Below, one piece after another: positions 40,284 to 49,457 of a DNA stretch of 64,000 bases. The stretch comes from Kofleriaceae bacterium (GTDB lineage: Bacteria > Myxococcota_A > Polyangia > Haliangiales > Haliangiaceae). Under the pieces are notes generated by a model. The model saw nothing but the letters and a program-made list of their open reading frames with translations, did not search any database and had not been told where the DNA came from. The translations under genes and the position numbers were made by a program. Each line of letters begins with the position of its first letter. Position 1 is the stretch's first letter. The stretch covers positions 64,001 to 128,000 of the forward strand of contig CBDCCZ010000042.1 in assembly GCA_965215005.1 (NCBI GenBank). Direction: 5' to 3'.

Positions 40284-40327
40284 TGTGGAGGCGCTACCAG
40301 CACAACCTGTGGATACGCTGTGGAAAC
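40284..40327 (-). promoter_or_regulatory. DnaA-box-like repeats upstream of dnaE
   Basis: GTATCCACA (40308-40316) and GTTTCCACA (40319-40327) each have one mismatch to TTWTNCACA; weaker TCCACA at 40284. Confidence 0.55.
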
Positions 40328-40396
40328 GGCGCGCCGGCGCCAGCTCCTTGCCAAATGACGCCTACGCGGCCGGCCACGACGCCGGCGGTATGCCCC

Positions 40397-41539
40397 TCAG
40401 AATTTGTAGGTCACGCCGAGCTGCAGATAGGTGCCGACGTCGTTCTCGAGCATGATGCCGTAGAGCGCGTCTTTGAAGGCGGCGCGCTCACCCTGAAACG
40501 GTGCGCCTTCGAACAGGACGAACACGTTCCACTGCTCTTTCACCGCGATCTCGACGATCAGCGAAACCATCAGCCGCAGGCCGTTGTCGCGCTCGAGCAG
40601 ACCATCTTCGCCGACCAAGTCGTCGATGCGCGCCTTGTCGGCCGCGGTGAATCCCGGCGTCGGCATCCCATCCAGAAATGCTTTGTAGTCTTCGCACAGC
40701 TCGGTGGGATCGCCCTCGAGCTGGCCGCCGCTAACGCCCGGACAAAAGCTATCGGACCAAAAGCTCAGGTAGCTGCGGCCGGTGATGGTCACGCTGCCGA
40801 GCCCGGTAAGCGAGGCTAACAAGCCGCCGTCGAAGAAGAAGCTATTGCGGCCGCTGTCGTCGAAAAAATTCGATCCGCCGCCGAGCGTCGCGAAGGTGCC
40901 GACTGAGAAGGGGTCGACATCGACCAGGGTCAGCCGCCCCGTGAGGCCCAGCTCGGTTCGCGAGAAGAAGGTCCGAAAGACCAAGCCCGCGTCGAAGCCA
41001 AGGCCCTCGGCGAGCTCGCCAGCGCCGACCAAAATGCGACCATCGAGCCAGTACGGATAGCCGGCGGCGATCGAAGCGGTCGAACGACCCCGCGGAAGGG
41101 CACGCGCACCAAACGCGGTGAGGCTGCGCCGCTCGCGCTCGAGCTCCTCGGCCGACGGTCCGATAGCGGCTCGCTGCAGCCGCGCGCTCACGATCTTGCT
41201 ATCACCCGCCGTCAGCTCCACTTGCTCCTCGAACTCGGCGTAGTCGGGGTGGCGCACCGTTACCAGATGCGCGCCGAGCGCCAGCTCATTGCTGCTCCAA
41301 GGAGTCACGCCGACGTTTTCGCCATCGATCATCACCTGGGCGCCCGAGGGATTAGAGACCACCCGCAGCGCAGCGCTCGACTGCTGCGGCGGACTCGCCG
41401 TGACGCCTTGGCCTGGTGCATCGGCGGCCTCGTTGGCAGCGGGGCTTTGGGTCTGCGCAGCGAGCTCGCCGCTGCCTCCGACCAAGAGCGCGAGCATGAG
41501 AAGAAACGCGGGCGTGCGAGTTGCGGAAGCTATGTGCAT
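40397..41539 (-). CDS. PEGA-domain secreted/outer-membrane protein
   Basis: Signal peptide; LRVVSNPSGAQVMIDG..VGVTP (PEGA); beta-strand-rich C-terminus ending YKF. Confidence 0.8.
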   Translation of the reverse strand: MHIASATRTPAFLLMLALLVGGSGELAAQTQSPAANEAADAPGQGVTASPPQQSSAALRVVSNPSGAQVMIDGENVGVTPWSSNELALGAHLVTVRHPDYAEFEEQVELTAGDSKIVSARLQRAAIGPSAEELERERRSLTAFGARALPRGRSTASIAAGYPYWLDGRILVGAGELAEGLGFDAGLVFRTFFSRTELGLTGRLTLVDVDPFSVGTFATLGGGSNFFDDSGRNSFFFDGGLLASLTGLGSVTITGRSYLSFWSDSFCPGVSGGQLEGDPTELCEDYKAFLDGMPTPGFTAADKARIDDLVGEDGLLERDNGLRLMVSLIVEIAVKEQWNVFVLFEGAPFQGERAAFKDALYGIMLENDVGTYLQLGVTYKF

Positions 41540-41649
41540 CGGTAAAGAGCTCCTTAATGAATGCCGCGAGCGGCGCGGCTGCGGTGCCGCCGCCGCGGCG
41601 AGCAAGCTCCCGCGGAAGACGAGATGCTCGCCACCAGCCGCCGAAGCCC

Positions 41650-42468
41650 CTATGGCTCCGATCCTGGCGTCAAAACACCTGCAATGCAAAGGCTTACCAG
41701 GACGATTCCCAGGACGATTCGATATACCCCAAACGGAGTCAGCCGATGCCGACTCAGGTACCGAAGCAGCCACGCGATGCTCAAGTAGCCGCTGATCGCC
41801 GCGGTGAGCGTTCCCACCAAGATCGGCCCCCAAGCGGCCGAGCCCAGCGCCGCGAGTGCATCCTCCAGCTCGAAGACGCCGGCGCCAGCAATCGCTGGAA
41901 TGCCGAGCAAGAACGAAAATCGCGCCGCGTCTGGCCGCCGCATGCCGAGCAGCAACGCGGCAATGATCGTCGAGCCGCTGCGCGACACGCCGGGGATCAA
42001 CGCCAACGTCTGGGCGCCGCCGATGAGGAGTGCATCGAGCAGTCGCAAATCGGCCATGCCGCGAACCAGACCGGTGCGGCGATCGGCGGCAATCAGGATG
42101 CCGCCGACGATGGCCAGAGCGGCAGCGACGACATAGAGCGAGCGCGCCTCGTCGGTGATGAAGTCTTTGAGGCCGAGGCCCGCAACGACGATCGGCAGCG
42201 TGCCCACGAGGATGTAGAGCGGCAGCCGCGCTTCGGGGCTGCCGCGATCGGTGAGCATCGCGCGCGGCATCGTGACCAGCAGCTCGCGGGCGAAGTACAC
42301 CAGCACCGCCAACAGCGTACCGAGCTGGATCACCGCGCTGTACGCCGCGCCCGGATCCGCAAATCCGAGCAGCTCCGGGGCGATCCGCAGATGCGCGGTG
42401 GACGAGATGGGCAAGAACTCGGTGAGTCCCTGAATTAGGCCGAGGAAAGCGGCAAACCACAGCGGCAT
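41650..42468 (-). CDS. uppP: Undecaprenyl-diphosphate phosphatase
   Basis: QGLTEFLPISSTAHL, IQLGT, PGVSRSGSTI, ARFSFLL. Confidence 0.96.
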   Translation of the reverse strand: MPLWFAAFLGLIQGLTEFLPISSTAHLRIAPELLGFADPGAAYSAVIQLGTLLAVLVYFARELLVTMPRAMLTDRGSPEARLPLYILVGTLPIVVAGLGLKDFITDEARSLYVVAAALAIVGGILIAADRRTGLVRGMADLRLLDALLIGGAQTLALIPGVSRSGSTIIAALLLGMRRPDAARFSFLLGIPAIAGAGVFELEDALAALGSAAWGPILVGTLTAAISGYLSIAWLLRYLSRHRLTPFGVYRIVLGIVLVSLCIAGVLTPGSEP

Positions 42469-42480
42469 CGTCGCTGGCTC

Positions 42481-43329
42481 CTAGGGGCTCGGGCGGATAA
42501 CGCGCGCGATGATGCGCTCCAGGGCGGAATACGGCATCACCGCTTTGAGGGCGCTCATCGTGCGGGCGTCGCGGCCCACGAGATAGCGCAGCCGCGGCCG
42601 GCGGGCGGCGGCGACCTCGGCGATGAGCTCGGCGACGCGCGTGGGGTCGGGAGCGCCCGCGATGCGCCGCTTGGCCAGCTCTTCGAGGCGTCGCGAGGCA
42701 TCGAGATTGGGCGAATCCGGCGCGAATACGCGCGCGCCGACCGCGCGGTTGCGCTCGAAGATGTCGGTGCGAAAGGTCCCTGGCTCGATCAAGCTCACGT
42801 ACACCTCGTGGCGCAACAGCTCCAGGCGCAGCGACTCCGAAAGCCCCTCCACGGCGAACTTCGAGGCGGCATAGGCGCCAAAGCCGGGATTGCCGACTTT
42901 TCCGGCGATGCTCGAGAGCATGATGATACGGCCGCGCCCTCGCTCGCGCATGCCCGGGATGACCGCCTTGGTGACCGCCACCAAGCCAAAGAAGTTGGTC
43001 TCGAGCTGGGCGCGAATCTCGTCCATGGTCAAGTCTTCGATGAGGCCGCCGAGACCGTAGCCGGCGTTGTTGATCAGCACCTCGACCGGCCCCAGCAGAC
43101 GGCGAACGTCGCGATGCGCGCGGTCGATGGAGTCGGCATCGGTGACGTCGAGCTGCACCACCTCGCAGCCAACTCCAGCGGCCGCCATGGCTGCATCCAG
43201 TGCCGCGCGCCGCGCTGGATCGCGCATGGTGGCGGCGACCCGAAAGCCGCGGCGGGCGAGCTCGACGCTGGCAAGCAGGCCAAAGCCGCTCGAGGCGCCC
43301 GTGATGAGGCACACCGGCTTGGCGCTCAC
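42481..43329 (-). CDS. Short-chain dehydrogenase/reductase
   Basis: ITGASSGFG, LINNAG, YAASK. Confidence 0.93.
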   Translation of the reverse strand: MSAKPVCLITGASSGFGLLASVELARRGFRVAATMRDPARRAALDAAMAAAGVGCEVVQLDVTDADSIDRAHRDVRRLLGPVEVLINNAGYGLGGLIEDLTMDEIRAQLETNFFGLVAVTKAVIPGMRERGRGRIIMLSSIAGKVGNPGFGAYAASKFAVEGLSESLRLELLRHEVYVSLIEPGTFRTDIFERNRAVGARVFAPDSPNLDASRRLEELAKRRIAGAPDPTRVAELIAEVAAARRPRLRYLVGRDARTMSALKAVMPYSALERIIARVIRPSP

Positions 43330-43511
43330 GCGCGACCGCCAGGCCCGCGAGCTCGCGCCGCGATGACCACGTGAGCACTTCGCGCGAGCCGCGTGGCGGC
43401 GCGCAACAGGAGGCATTCTGCGGGCAGCGAGGCAGGCATGAGAAGCAGCAGCCGCTGTATATCACGGCGCCCATAGCCGTTGCCGCAGCAGCGCTGGTAT
43501 CCTTGCTGGCG

Positions 43512-43883
43512 ATGGCGCACCGGCTTCACGCATGTCGCGCCGGCATGCTCGCGCTGCTGGTTGCCTCCTGCGGCAAACCTGCCGCGCGCAACGCCGGTGT
43601 CGAAAGCGCCGCCTCTGCCTCGCCTACGCAATCAGCGTCCGCACCGCTGACCGAGGCCGAGTGCCACGCGTTATTCGACCATCTGCTCGCGCTCGAGAGC
43701 GACGCCCAGCGCGCAACGACAGCTCCCGAGCTGGTCGCGACCGACGCCCAGCTCGCCGCCATCCGCGCCGAGCTCTACGCCGATACCGCCACCTGCGTCG
43801 CCGCGATGTCACGGCGCGACTTCGAGTGCGCAATGGCCGCAGCCACCGCCGCTGCCGCGCGCCGCTGCGCCACCAGTAATTGA
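43512..43883 (+). CDS. Small Cys-containing lipoprotein
   Basis: Lipobox LVASC; four further spaced Cys in a helical region. Confidence 0.65.
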   Translation: MAHRLHACRAGMLALLVASCGKPAARNAGVESAASASPTQSASAPLTEAECHALFDHLLALESDAQRATTAPELVATDAQLAAIRAELYADTATCVAAMSRRDFECAMAAATAAAARRCATSN

Positions 43884-44028
43884 TTTCCGTCCCGGGGTTG
43901 CCATCACGGCTGCCGCAGCCACCATAGAGGCGTTGATGGCTCGTGCCCAGCGCGGTCACTACCTCGCGCCGCCGCGATTGCCCGCGATGGGCAATGCCGG
44001 CGCCCTGCTCAAACTTCGGAGATGCCGC

Positions 44029-44655
44029 ATGCCGACGCTTTACACCATGCCCGGGACCTGCTCCCTCGCCCCAAACATCGCCCTCGCCTGGCTCGACGCC
44101 CCCGTCGAGGTGCGCGCCATGAACTACGGCGATCACAAAAATGCTGAATATCTGGCGATCAATCCCAAGGCCAAGGTTCCAGCGTTGCGGTTTGACGATG
44201 GCGACGTGCTCACCGAGGCGGCCGCGATTCTCGGGTATCTACGAGCGGCCTATCGCGACCCCGCCGGCGAGCTCGATGAACGGCTGCGCCGCAAGGAAGC
44301 CGAGGCACTGGCGTTCATGACCTCAGAAGTGCACGCAAGCTACGGCCCCCACTTTGCGCCGCAGCGCTTTGCCGAGTCGAGCGCCGCGCAGGAGGAGGTC
44401 AAGCAGGCCGCTTATCGAACCCTTGGCGACCACTATGAGCATCTCGACCAGGTCGCCAAGAGCACCGACGGCCCCTGGTATCTCGGCGCGCGAACCTTTG
44501 CCGACACCTTTTTATATGTGTTGGCGAGGTGGATCGAGAAGACGCCGCTGCGCATCGACGACTATTCGCAGCTCGCGCGCCACCGCGCGCACATGGAAGC
44601 CGACCCGGGCGTCAAGCAAGCGCTCGAGCGCCAGAACATGGAGCCTATCGGCTGA
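44029..44655 (+). CDS. Glutathione S-transferase (beta-class-like)
   Basis: LYTMPGTCSLA, INPKAKVPAL, LTEAAAIL.YL, T.AD..L. Confidence 0.93.
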   Translation: MPTLYTMPGTCSLAPNIALAWLDAPVEVRAMNYGDHKNAEYLAINPKAKVPALRFDDGDVLTEAAAILGYLRAAYRDPAGELDERLRRKEAEALAFMTSEVHASYGPHFAPQRFAESSAAQEEVKQAAYRTLGDHYEHLDQVAKSTDGPWYLGARTFADTFLYVLARWIEKTPLRIDDYSQLARHRAHMEADPGVKQALERQNMEPIG

Positions 44656-44822
44656 GCCGCCGCGCGCACTCGCCGTCCGCAGGTCGAGGCGCTGAGCCCG
44701 GAGCTCCCTCTCTACTGTCGAGCCCCCTTCAGACTGGGTCGAGCGACCCTACTGGGGGGGCAGCTCGCCAGTCTCTTGCGTGTGCTCTAGCAGGAGCACG
44801 TGAGCAATCAAGAGGTTCGGCT

Positions 44823-44838
44823 TGGCCCGGCAGATGCT
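44823..44838 (+). promoter_or_regulatory. Putative sigma-54 promoter
   Basis: TGGCCCGGCAGATGCT (GG-N10-GC), ending 14 nt before ATG 44852. Confidence 0.5.
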
Positions 44839-44851
44839 ACTCGCACCCACC

Positions 44852-45412
44852 ATGTCGCTTTTGCAAGGACTCATGCACGGGTGGGGATCCCTTCGGCTCG
44901 AAGAGCATGAGCGCACCCTCGATGCTAGCGGTCGCCTCGCGGGTTACGGCGGACGTCTTGAATCGTTAGCAAAGTCACCCATAGGAGAGACGCCGCGTCA
45001 CGATTTGCGCGGCGGCGCTCCCTTGGCCACGACGCAAGACGATGCCGATGGGCTTGGACGGTGGCGCTCCCACGACGGCCGCGCCCTGCCGCTTCCGCCC
45101 GGCAACAGCCAGCCGCCCGACGCAGCCGCCGGCAAGCGCAGCGCTCGGGCCGCTCCCTTGCCCTCTGCTCTCATCACGGCACCGCCGCCGATCGCTTCGG
45201 TTCCAGGTGACGACCCTCGCCGCGACGACGACGAGTGGCAGTGGCGCCTGGCGGTAGCGCGCGCACGCTGCGGTCTGGGGAGCACTGCATCGACGGCCGA
45301 GCCACCCAACGTTTCCCTGAGCGCCGCATCGCGCGGTCCAAACACGGCCGCCGCTCCCCGCGTGAGATCGAGGCGCGGCGCTCGCGGCACCATGTCGCTG
45401 GCCTCCGGGTAG
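44852..45412 (+). CDS. Hypothetical protein, Pro/Ala-rich, with a DDDEWQWRLAVARAR segment
   Basis: Fills the gap between the GST and hydratase genes; promoter-like element upstream; no family recognised. Confidence 0.45.
   Translation: MSLLQGLMHGWGSLRLEEHERTLDASGRLAGYGGRLESLAKSPIGETPRHDLRGGAPLATTQDDADGLGRWRSHDGRALPLPPGNSQPPDAAAGKRSARAAPLPSALITAPPPIASVPGDDPRRDDDEWQWRLAVARARCGLGSTASTAEPPNVSLSAASRGPNTAAAPRVRSRRGARGTMSLASG
44939..45018 (+). repeat. Dispersed structured repeat, copy D (degenerate)
   Basis: GCGGGTTACGGC..GTC, TAGCAAAG, GGAGAGACGCCG and CGTCA-N7-CGCGGCGGCGC occur in the same order as in the other copies. Confidence 0.6.
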
Positions 45413-45422
45413 TTCGCCGCCG

Positions 45423-46214
45423 CTACGCGCCGGTGTACCGAGGCCGCCGCTTTTCCGCGAACGCGCGCAGGCCTTCGTTGCGGTCTTCCGTCGCGAGCGT
45501 GACATCGTAGCACTGCCGCTCGAGCGTCAGCCCATCCTCGAGCGGCAGCTCACCACCGCGCTCGATCGCTCGCTTGGCCATCGCCACCGAGCGCGGCGCC
45601 GCAGCTAGCAGCTCCTCGATCAGCGCGTCGGCGACCCGCCGCAGCTGCGTCGTTGGCACCACCTGCGACACCAGCCCGAGCTCCTGGGCGCGGGCTGCCG
45701 TGATTCGGCGACCGAGCAAAATGAGCTCTTTGGCGCGCGCTTCGCCCACAATTCGCGGCAACCGCTGGGTGCCGCCGGCACCTGGCATGATCCCGAGCTT
45801 GGTCTCGGTGAGGCCCATCTCGGCGGTGTCTGCGGCGATGCGAAAATCGCACGCTAGCGCCAACTCGAGGCCGCCGCCAAACGCGTAACCGCCAATCATG
45901 GCAATCGTCGCCATCGGCAGCGCCGCGATCGCGTTGATGGCGCTGGCAATCGCGTCGACGTACGGGCCCGTGTCGGCAGCGGCCACACCCTTGCGCTCTT
46001 TTAGGTCTGCCCCCGCGGAGAACGCCTTGTCACCGGCGCCGGTGATCGCCACCACGCGCACCGAGCTGTCACTCGCCAGTTGCTCCGCGAGTGCCGCCAG
46101 CTCCGAATTGAGCGCGCGCGACAGCGCGTTGTGCGCCTGCGGACGCTGCAAAATGATCCACACGACGCCGCGCTCGTCGCGCTCGACTCGAAGGTGCTCG
46201 AAGCTGTCAGGCAT
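45423..46214 (-). CDS. Enoyl-CoA hydratase (methylglutaconyl-CoA hydratase-like)
   Basis: AFSAGADL, GGGLELALACD, ETKLGIMPGAGGTQRL; overlaps the HMG-CoA lyase gene. Confidence 0.9.
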   Translation of the reverse strand: MPDSFEHLRVERDERGVVWIILQRPQAHNALSRALNSELAALAEQLASDSSVRVVAITGAGDKAFSAGADLKERKGVAAADTGPYVDAIASAINAIAALPMATIAMIGGYAFGGGLELALACDFRIAADTAEMGLTETKLGIMPGAGGTQRLPRIVGEARAKELILLGRRITAARAQELGLVSQVVPTTQLRRVADALIEELLAAAPRSVAMAKRAIERGGELPLEDGLTLERQCYDVTLATEDRNEGLRAFAEKRRPRYTGA

Positions 46215-47151
46215 GTTCCTTCTCCACTCGTCGGCGATGGCGCGCCTGCTTGCCCAGGTGCGCCTTGAGGTATTTGCTCGGCAAATCGTGGCCCACGAAC
46301 GAGGCCGCCAGCCGCGAGCACTCGATGAGTGCTTCTAGATCGATGCCGGTGTCCACGCCCATCCCGGCAAGCATCGCAACCACGTCTTCGGTGGCGAGGT
46401 TTCCCGAGGCCCCCGGCGCGTAGGGACAGCCGCCCAGGCCGCCCACGGAAGCATCAATCGTGGTGACGCCGCGGGAGACGGCGACCAAACAGTTCGCGAG
46501 CGCGGTGCCTTGGGTATCGTGAAAGTGCACGGCGATGGCTTCGAGCGGCACCACCGCCAGCACCTCGTCGAGCACCCGCTCGACCTGCGCCGGGTTGGCG
46601 GCGCCAATCGTGTCTCCTAGCGACACCTGGTACACGCCCATCTCGCGCAAACGCTTCGCCAGCCGCACCGTGCTTTGCGCCTCGACCTCACCCTCGTAAG
46701 GGCATCCAAACACGGTCGAGACGTAGGCGCGCACCCGGAGCCCCGCGGCCAACGCCGGCGGCACGATCTCGTCGAACGCAGTCAGCGCCTCGGCAATCGA
46801 CTTGTTGATGTTCTTCTTGGTGTGCGTCTCGGAAGCCGACAAGAACACCGCGATCTCTTCCATGCCGGCGGCCATCGCGTTGTCGAGCCCTCGCCGGTTG
46901 GGTACCAACGCCGAAAACTGCACCCCAGGCCGCCGCTTCACCCCACGCGCGACCTCGGCGCTATCGGCCAGCTGCGGAATCCAGCGCGGACTCACGAAGC
47001 TGGTGATCTCGATGTGGCGCAGCCCCGAGGCCGACAGCGCATCGATGAAGGCGATCTTGTCCGCCGTGGGAACTTGGCGAGCCTCGTTCTGCAGACCATC
47101 GCGCGGCCCGACCTCGTAGATCGTAACCTGCCCGGGCAGCTTCTCGAACAT
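46207..47151 (-). CDS. Hydroxymethylglutaryl-CoA lyase
   Basis: EVGPRDGLQNE, SFVSPRWIPQL, SLGDTIG, HFHDT, GLGGCPYAPGASGN. Confidence 0.95.
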   Translation of the reverse strand: MFEKLPGQVTIYEVGPRDGLQNEARQVPTADKIAFIDALSASGLRHIEITSFVSPRWIPQLADSAEVARGVKRRPGVQFSALVPNRRGLDNAMAAGMEEIAVFLSASETHTKKNINKSIAEALTAFDEIVPPALAAGLRVRAYVSTVFGCPYEGEVEAQSTVRLAKRLREMGVYQVSLGDTIGAANPAQVERVLDEVLAVVPLEAIAVHFHDTQGTALANCLVAVSRGVTTIDASVGGLGGCPYAPGASGNLATEDVVAMLAGMGVDTGIDLEALIECSRLAASFVGHDLPSKYLKAHLGKQARHRRRVEKEHA

Positions 47152-47162
47152 CGCGCCGAACC

Positions 47163-47825
47163 CTAGCAGATTTCCCCAAGAAGCGTCGGCGTGAGCGCAT
47201 CCAAGCTGTCGATGATGCGGTGCGCGTGGCTCTGGTCCTGTCCGTGAAAGTTGCCGGCTCGCACCGCGACGACCCGCGCGCCGGCGGCGAGACCTGCGGC
47301 AATGCCCGCGGCCGATTCCTCGACTACCACGCACCGGCGCGGCTCGATCCCCAGCCGCCGCGCCGCCAACAAGAAGCCATCGGGAGCGGGCTTGGAGCGA
47401 GGAACATCCTCGCTCGCCACGACCACCGCGAAGGCATCGCCGCAGCCCAGCGCCGCCAGTGACTGCGCCGCCTCGACCCGCGAGGAGCCGGTTACGAGCG
47501 CCAGCGGCAAGGCGCCAAACCGCCGCAGAACCTGCCGAGCGCCGGGCAAGACGGTAACGCCAAGCTCGGCAAACACTCCCTCGCGCTCGGCCGCCGTCGC
47601 CGCGATGAGCTCGCCCTCGGTCCACGTGAGGGCCGGATAGCGGGCGCGCAGGTTGGCGTAGATATCGACCCACGAGCGACCGATGATGAAGTCGCGATCG
47701 GACTGCTCGATCTCGATCGCGAAGCCTTTGGCGATGGCTCTGGCCATGGCCTCGGCGCTCTCGCGCTCGGTATCCACCAGAGTCCCGTCGAGGTCGAACA
47801 GCAGCGCATCACATGACACGATCAC
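47163..47825 (-). CDS. HAD-family phosphatase
   Basis: LFDLDGTLVDT, VTGS, KPAPD, VEES..GI.AG; start uncertain. Confidence 0.9.
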   Translation of the reverse strand: MIVSCDALLFDLDGTLVDTERESAEAMARAIAKGFAIEIEQSDRDFIIGRSWVDIYANLRARYPALTWTEGELIAATAAEREGVFAELGVTVLPGARQVLRRFGALPLALVTGSSRVEAAQSLAALGCGDAFAVVVASEDVPRSKPAPDGFLLAARRLGIEPRRCVVVEESAAGIAAGLAAGARVVAVRAGNFHGQDQSHAHRIIDSLDALTPTLLGEIC

Positions 47826-47912
47826 TGCGGTTACCGCAGTCGCCAGCGCTTGTCCATCCACCGCAATGGCGAAGCTACACGGGCCGTCGACTCGTGAGCC
47901 TTGGTCCGCGCC

Positions 47913-48008
47913 GGGGTTCGCGGCCAACGTCGCAAGCCGCTACCATAGCAACAACGATGGGAGAGACGCCGAAAGCAAGCTCGAGCCGCGTCATCCATCC
48001 CGGAGCGG
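47913..48008 (+). repeat. Dispersed structured repeat, copy C
   Basis: GGGGTTCGCGGC-CAAC-GTCGCAAGCCGC hairpin, AGCAACAA, GAGACGCCGAA; CGTCATCCATCCCG is identical to copy A. Confidence 0.75.
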
Positions 48009-48022
48009 GAGCTCGCGGTCCC

Positions 48023-49453
48023 ATGCCTCGATGCGGCGCTGCCCTGGTGGTTGTGGTTCTGTTTGCAAGCTGCGCATCGGCGCCGCCTGCGGCGCGTCGG
48101 GCGCAGCGATTGCTCGCCAGCGGAGACTACGCGTTGGCCGAGCAGGTTGCTGCTGAAGGGCTCGCGGAGCATCCCCGAGACCCGCACCTTTGGCGCGCGC
48201 GCCTCCAAGCGCGAATCGCCTCGGGGGATGCTGCGGGCGCCGTGTCGCTCTACCAAGCGTCCATCGCCGCGCGCGGCACCGCGGATCGAGCTCTAGTCAC
48301 GGCAATGGCCGAGGCCACGCTTCGCGGTGCACTGCGGGCGCCGTCGCCGACTCTGATGATCGCCGCCATCGAGGCAGTCGAGCGCCTCCAGCTCGAGGCG
48401 CTGGCCCCGCCGGTGCTCGAGCTGCTCGGCTCGCCAAGCGATCGCATTGCCGCCGCCGCGGCGATTGCGGTGTTGCGCGCGCACCCACAGGCGCCGCATT
48501 TGGCCACCGAGCTGCTCCGTAGCGACGATCCGCAGGCGCGCGCCATCGTCGCTGCCGGCATCGGTCGCAAAGTGGGAGAGCGGGCGCGGGCGGACTTGGT
48601 GCCGCTGCTAGCCGATCCCGATCCCACGGTGCGCGCCGCCGCGGTCGGCGCGGTTCGCGACGCAAGGCTCGACTCGCTTGCCGCGCTTGCGCTGCGCGAC
48701 CCCGCGCCCCTGGTTCGCACCGCCGCCCTCGCCGCCCTGCGCCGCAGCGACGCGTCGCGCGCACGCCGCCGGCGCATCGCGCTGCAGGCATTGACCGACC
48801 CGTATCTCGGCGCCCGCCTCGCGGCCGTTGCCGTGCTCGCCGCCGTCGATGCGCAGCCCGAGCTCGCCGCCCTCGCCAGCGGGCAGGACATCTTCGTCGC
48901 TCTCCGCGCCGCCGTCGCTCTCGATAGTCAGCGCGCTAAAGACGCCTACGTGCCGCTGCTCGAGCGCGCGCTCACTGCGCCCTCGTGGCCTATGCGCGCT
49001 GCCGCTCTCAACGCCGCCGACGGTATCGCTCGTCGCAGCGCGGCGCTTCGACTCGTCTCGACGCGACTGCACGACTCGAGCGCCGAGGTGCGGCTGGCGA
49101 CCGCGCGCGCCTTGGCCAGTCTCGGAATGGCGAGCCGTGCCCGGCAAGCGCTGCGCGCCGAGCTCGAGCATCGCGACCCCGTGCTGCGCGCTCGGGCCGC
49201 CGCGGAGCTGGTGCGACTACAACAGCAAGCGCGGGAGGACGAGGCGTCAAGCTCCGACGCTTGGTCGGACGCCAAGCCGCGCGAGGTGCTCAGCCGGCTC
49301 GCGCAGGCCCCGGCTATCGATGCCCGCCGCGCTGCGATTGCAGGTCATCGGCGCGCCGCGGTCATCACCCCTGGACTCATCGCCGCGCTTGCCGACTCCG
49401 CTGCCGAGCTGCGCATTGAAGCCGCCGAGGTGGTGCTCGAGCAGCTTCGCTGA
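48023..49453 (+). CDS. HEAT-repeat lipoprotein
   Basis: Lipobox LFASC; TPR-like N-terminus; repeated D.DP.VRAAA units. Confidence 0.78.
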   Translation: MPRCGAALVVVVLFASCASAPPAARRAQRLLASGDYALAEQVAAEGLAEHPRDPHLWRARLQARIASGDAAGAVSLYQASIAARGTADRALVTAMAEATLRGALRAPSPTLMIAAIEAVERLQLEALAPPVLELLGSPSDRIAAAAAIAVLRAHPQAPHLATELLRSDDPQARAIVAAGIGRKVGERARADLVPLLADPDPTVRAAAVGAVRDARLDSLAALALRDPAPLVRTAALAALRRSDASRARRRRIALQALTDPYLGARLAAVAVLAAVDAQPELAALASGQDIFVALRAAVALDSQRAKDAYVPLLERALTAPSWPMRAAALNAADGIARRSAALRLVSTRLHDSSAEVRLATARALASLGMASRARQALRAELEHRDPVLRARAAAELVRLQQQAREDEASSSDAWSDAKPREVLSRLAQAPAIDARRAAIAGHRRAAVITPGLIAALADSAAELRIEAAEVVLEQLR

Positions 49454-49457
49454 CGGC

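Noticed and set aside
41697..41720. Direct repeat CCAGGACGATTC x2
   Set aside because: Within uppP coding sequence (IVLG-IVLV); probably incidental
40397..43474. 1025-aa ORF as one fusion protein
   Set aside because: Upstream two-thirds is an alternative frame over uppP and the SDR gene; only the PEGA part from 41539 looks coding
43890..43940. Another copy of the dispersed repeat upstream of the GST gene
   Set aside because: Shares only CCGGGGTT and ACCATAG with copy C and lacks GAGACGCCG; more likely an ordinary promoter
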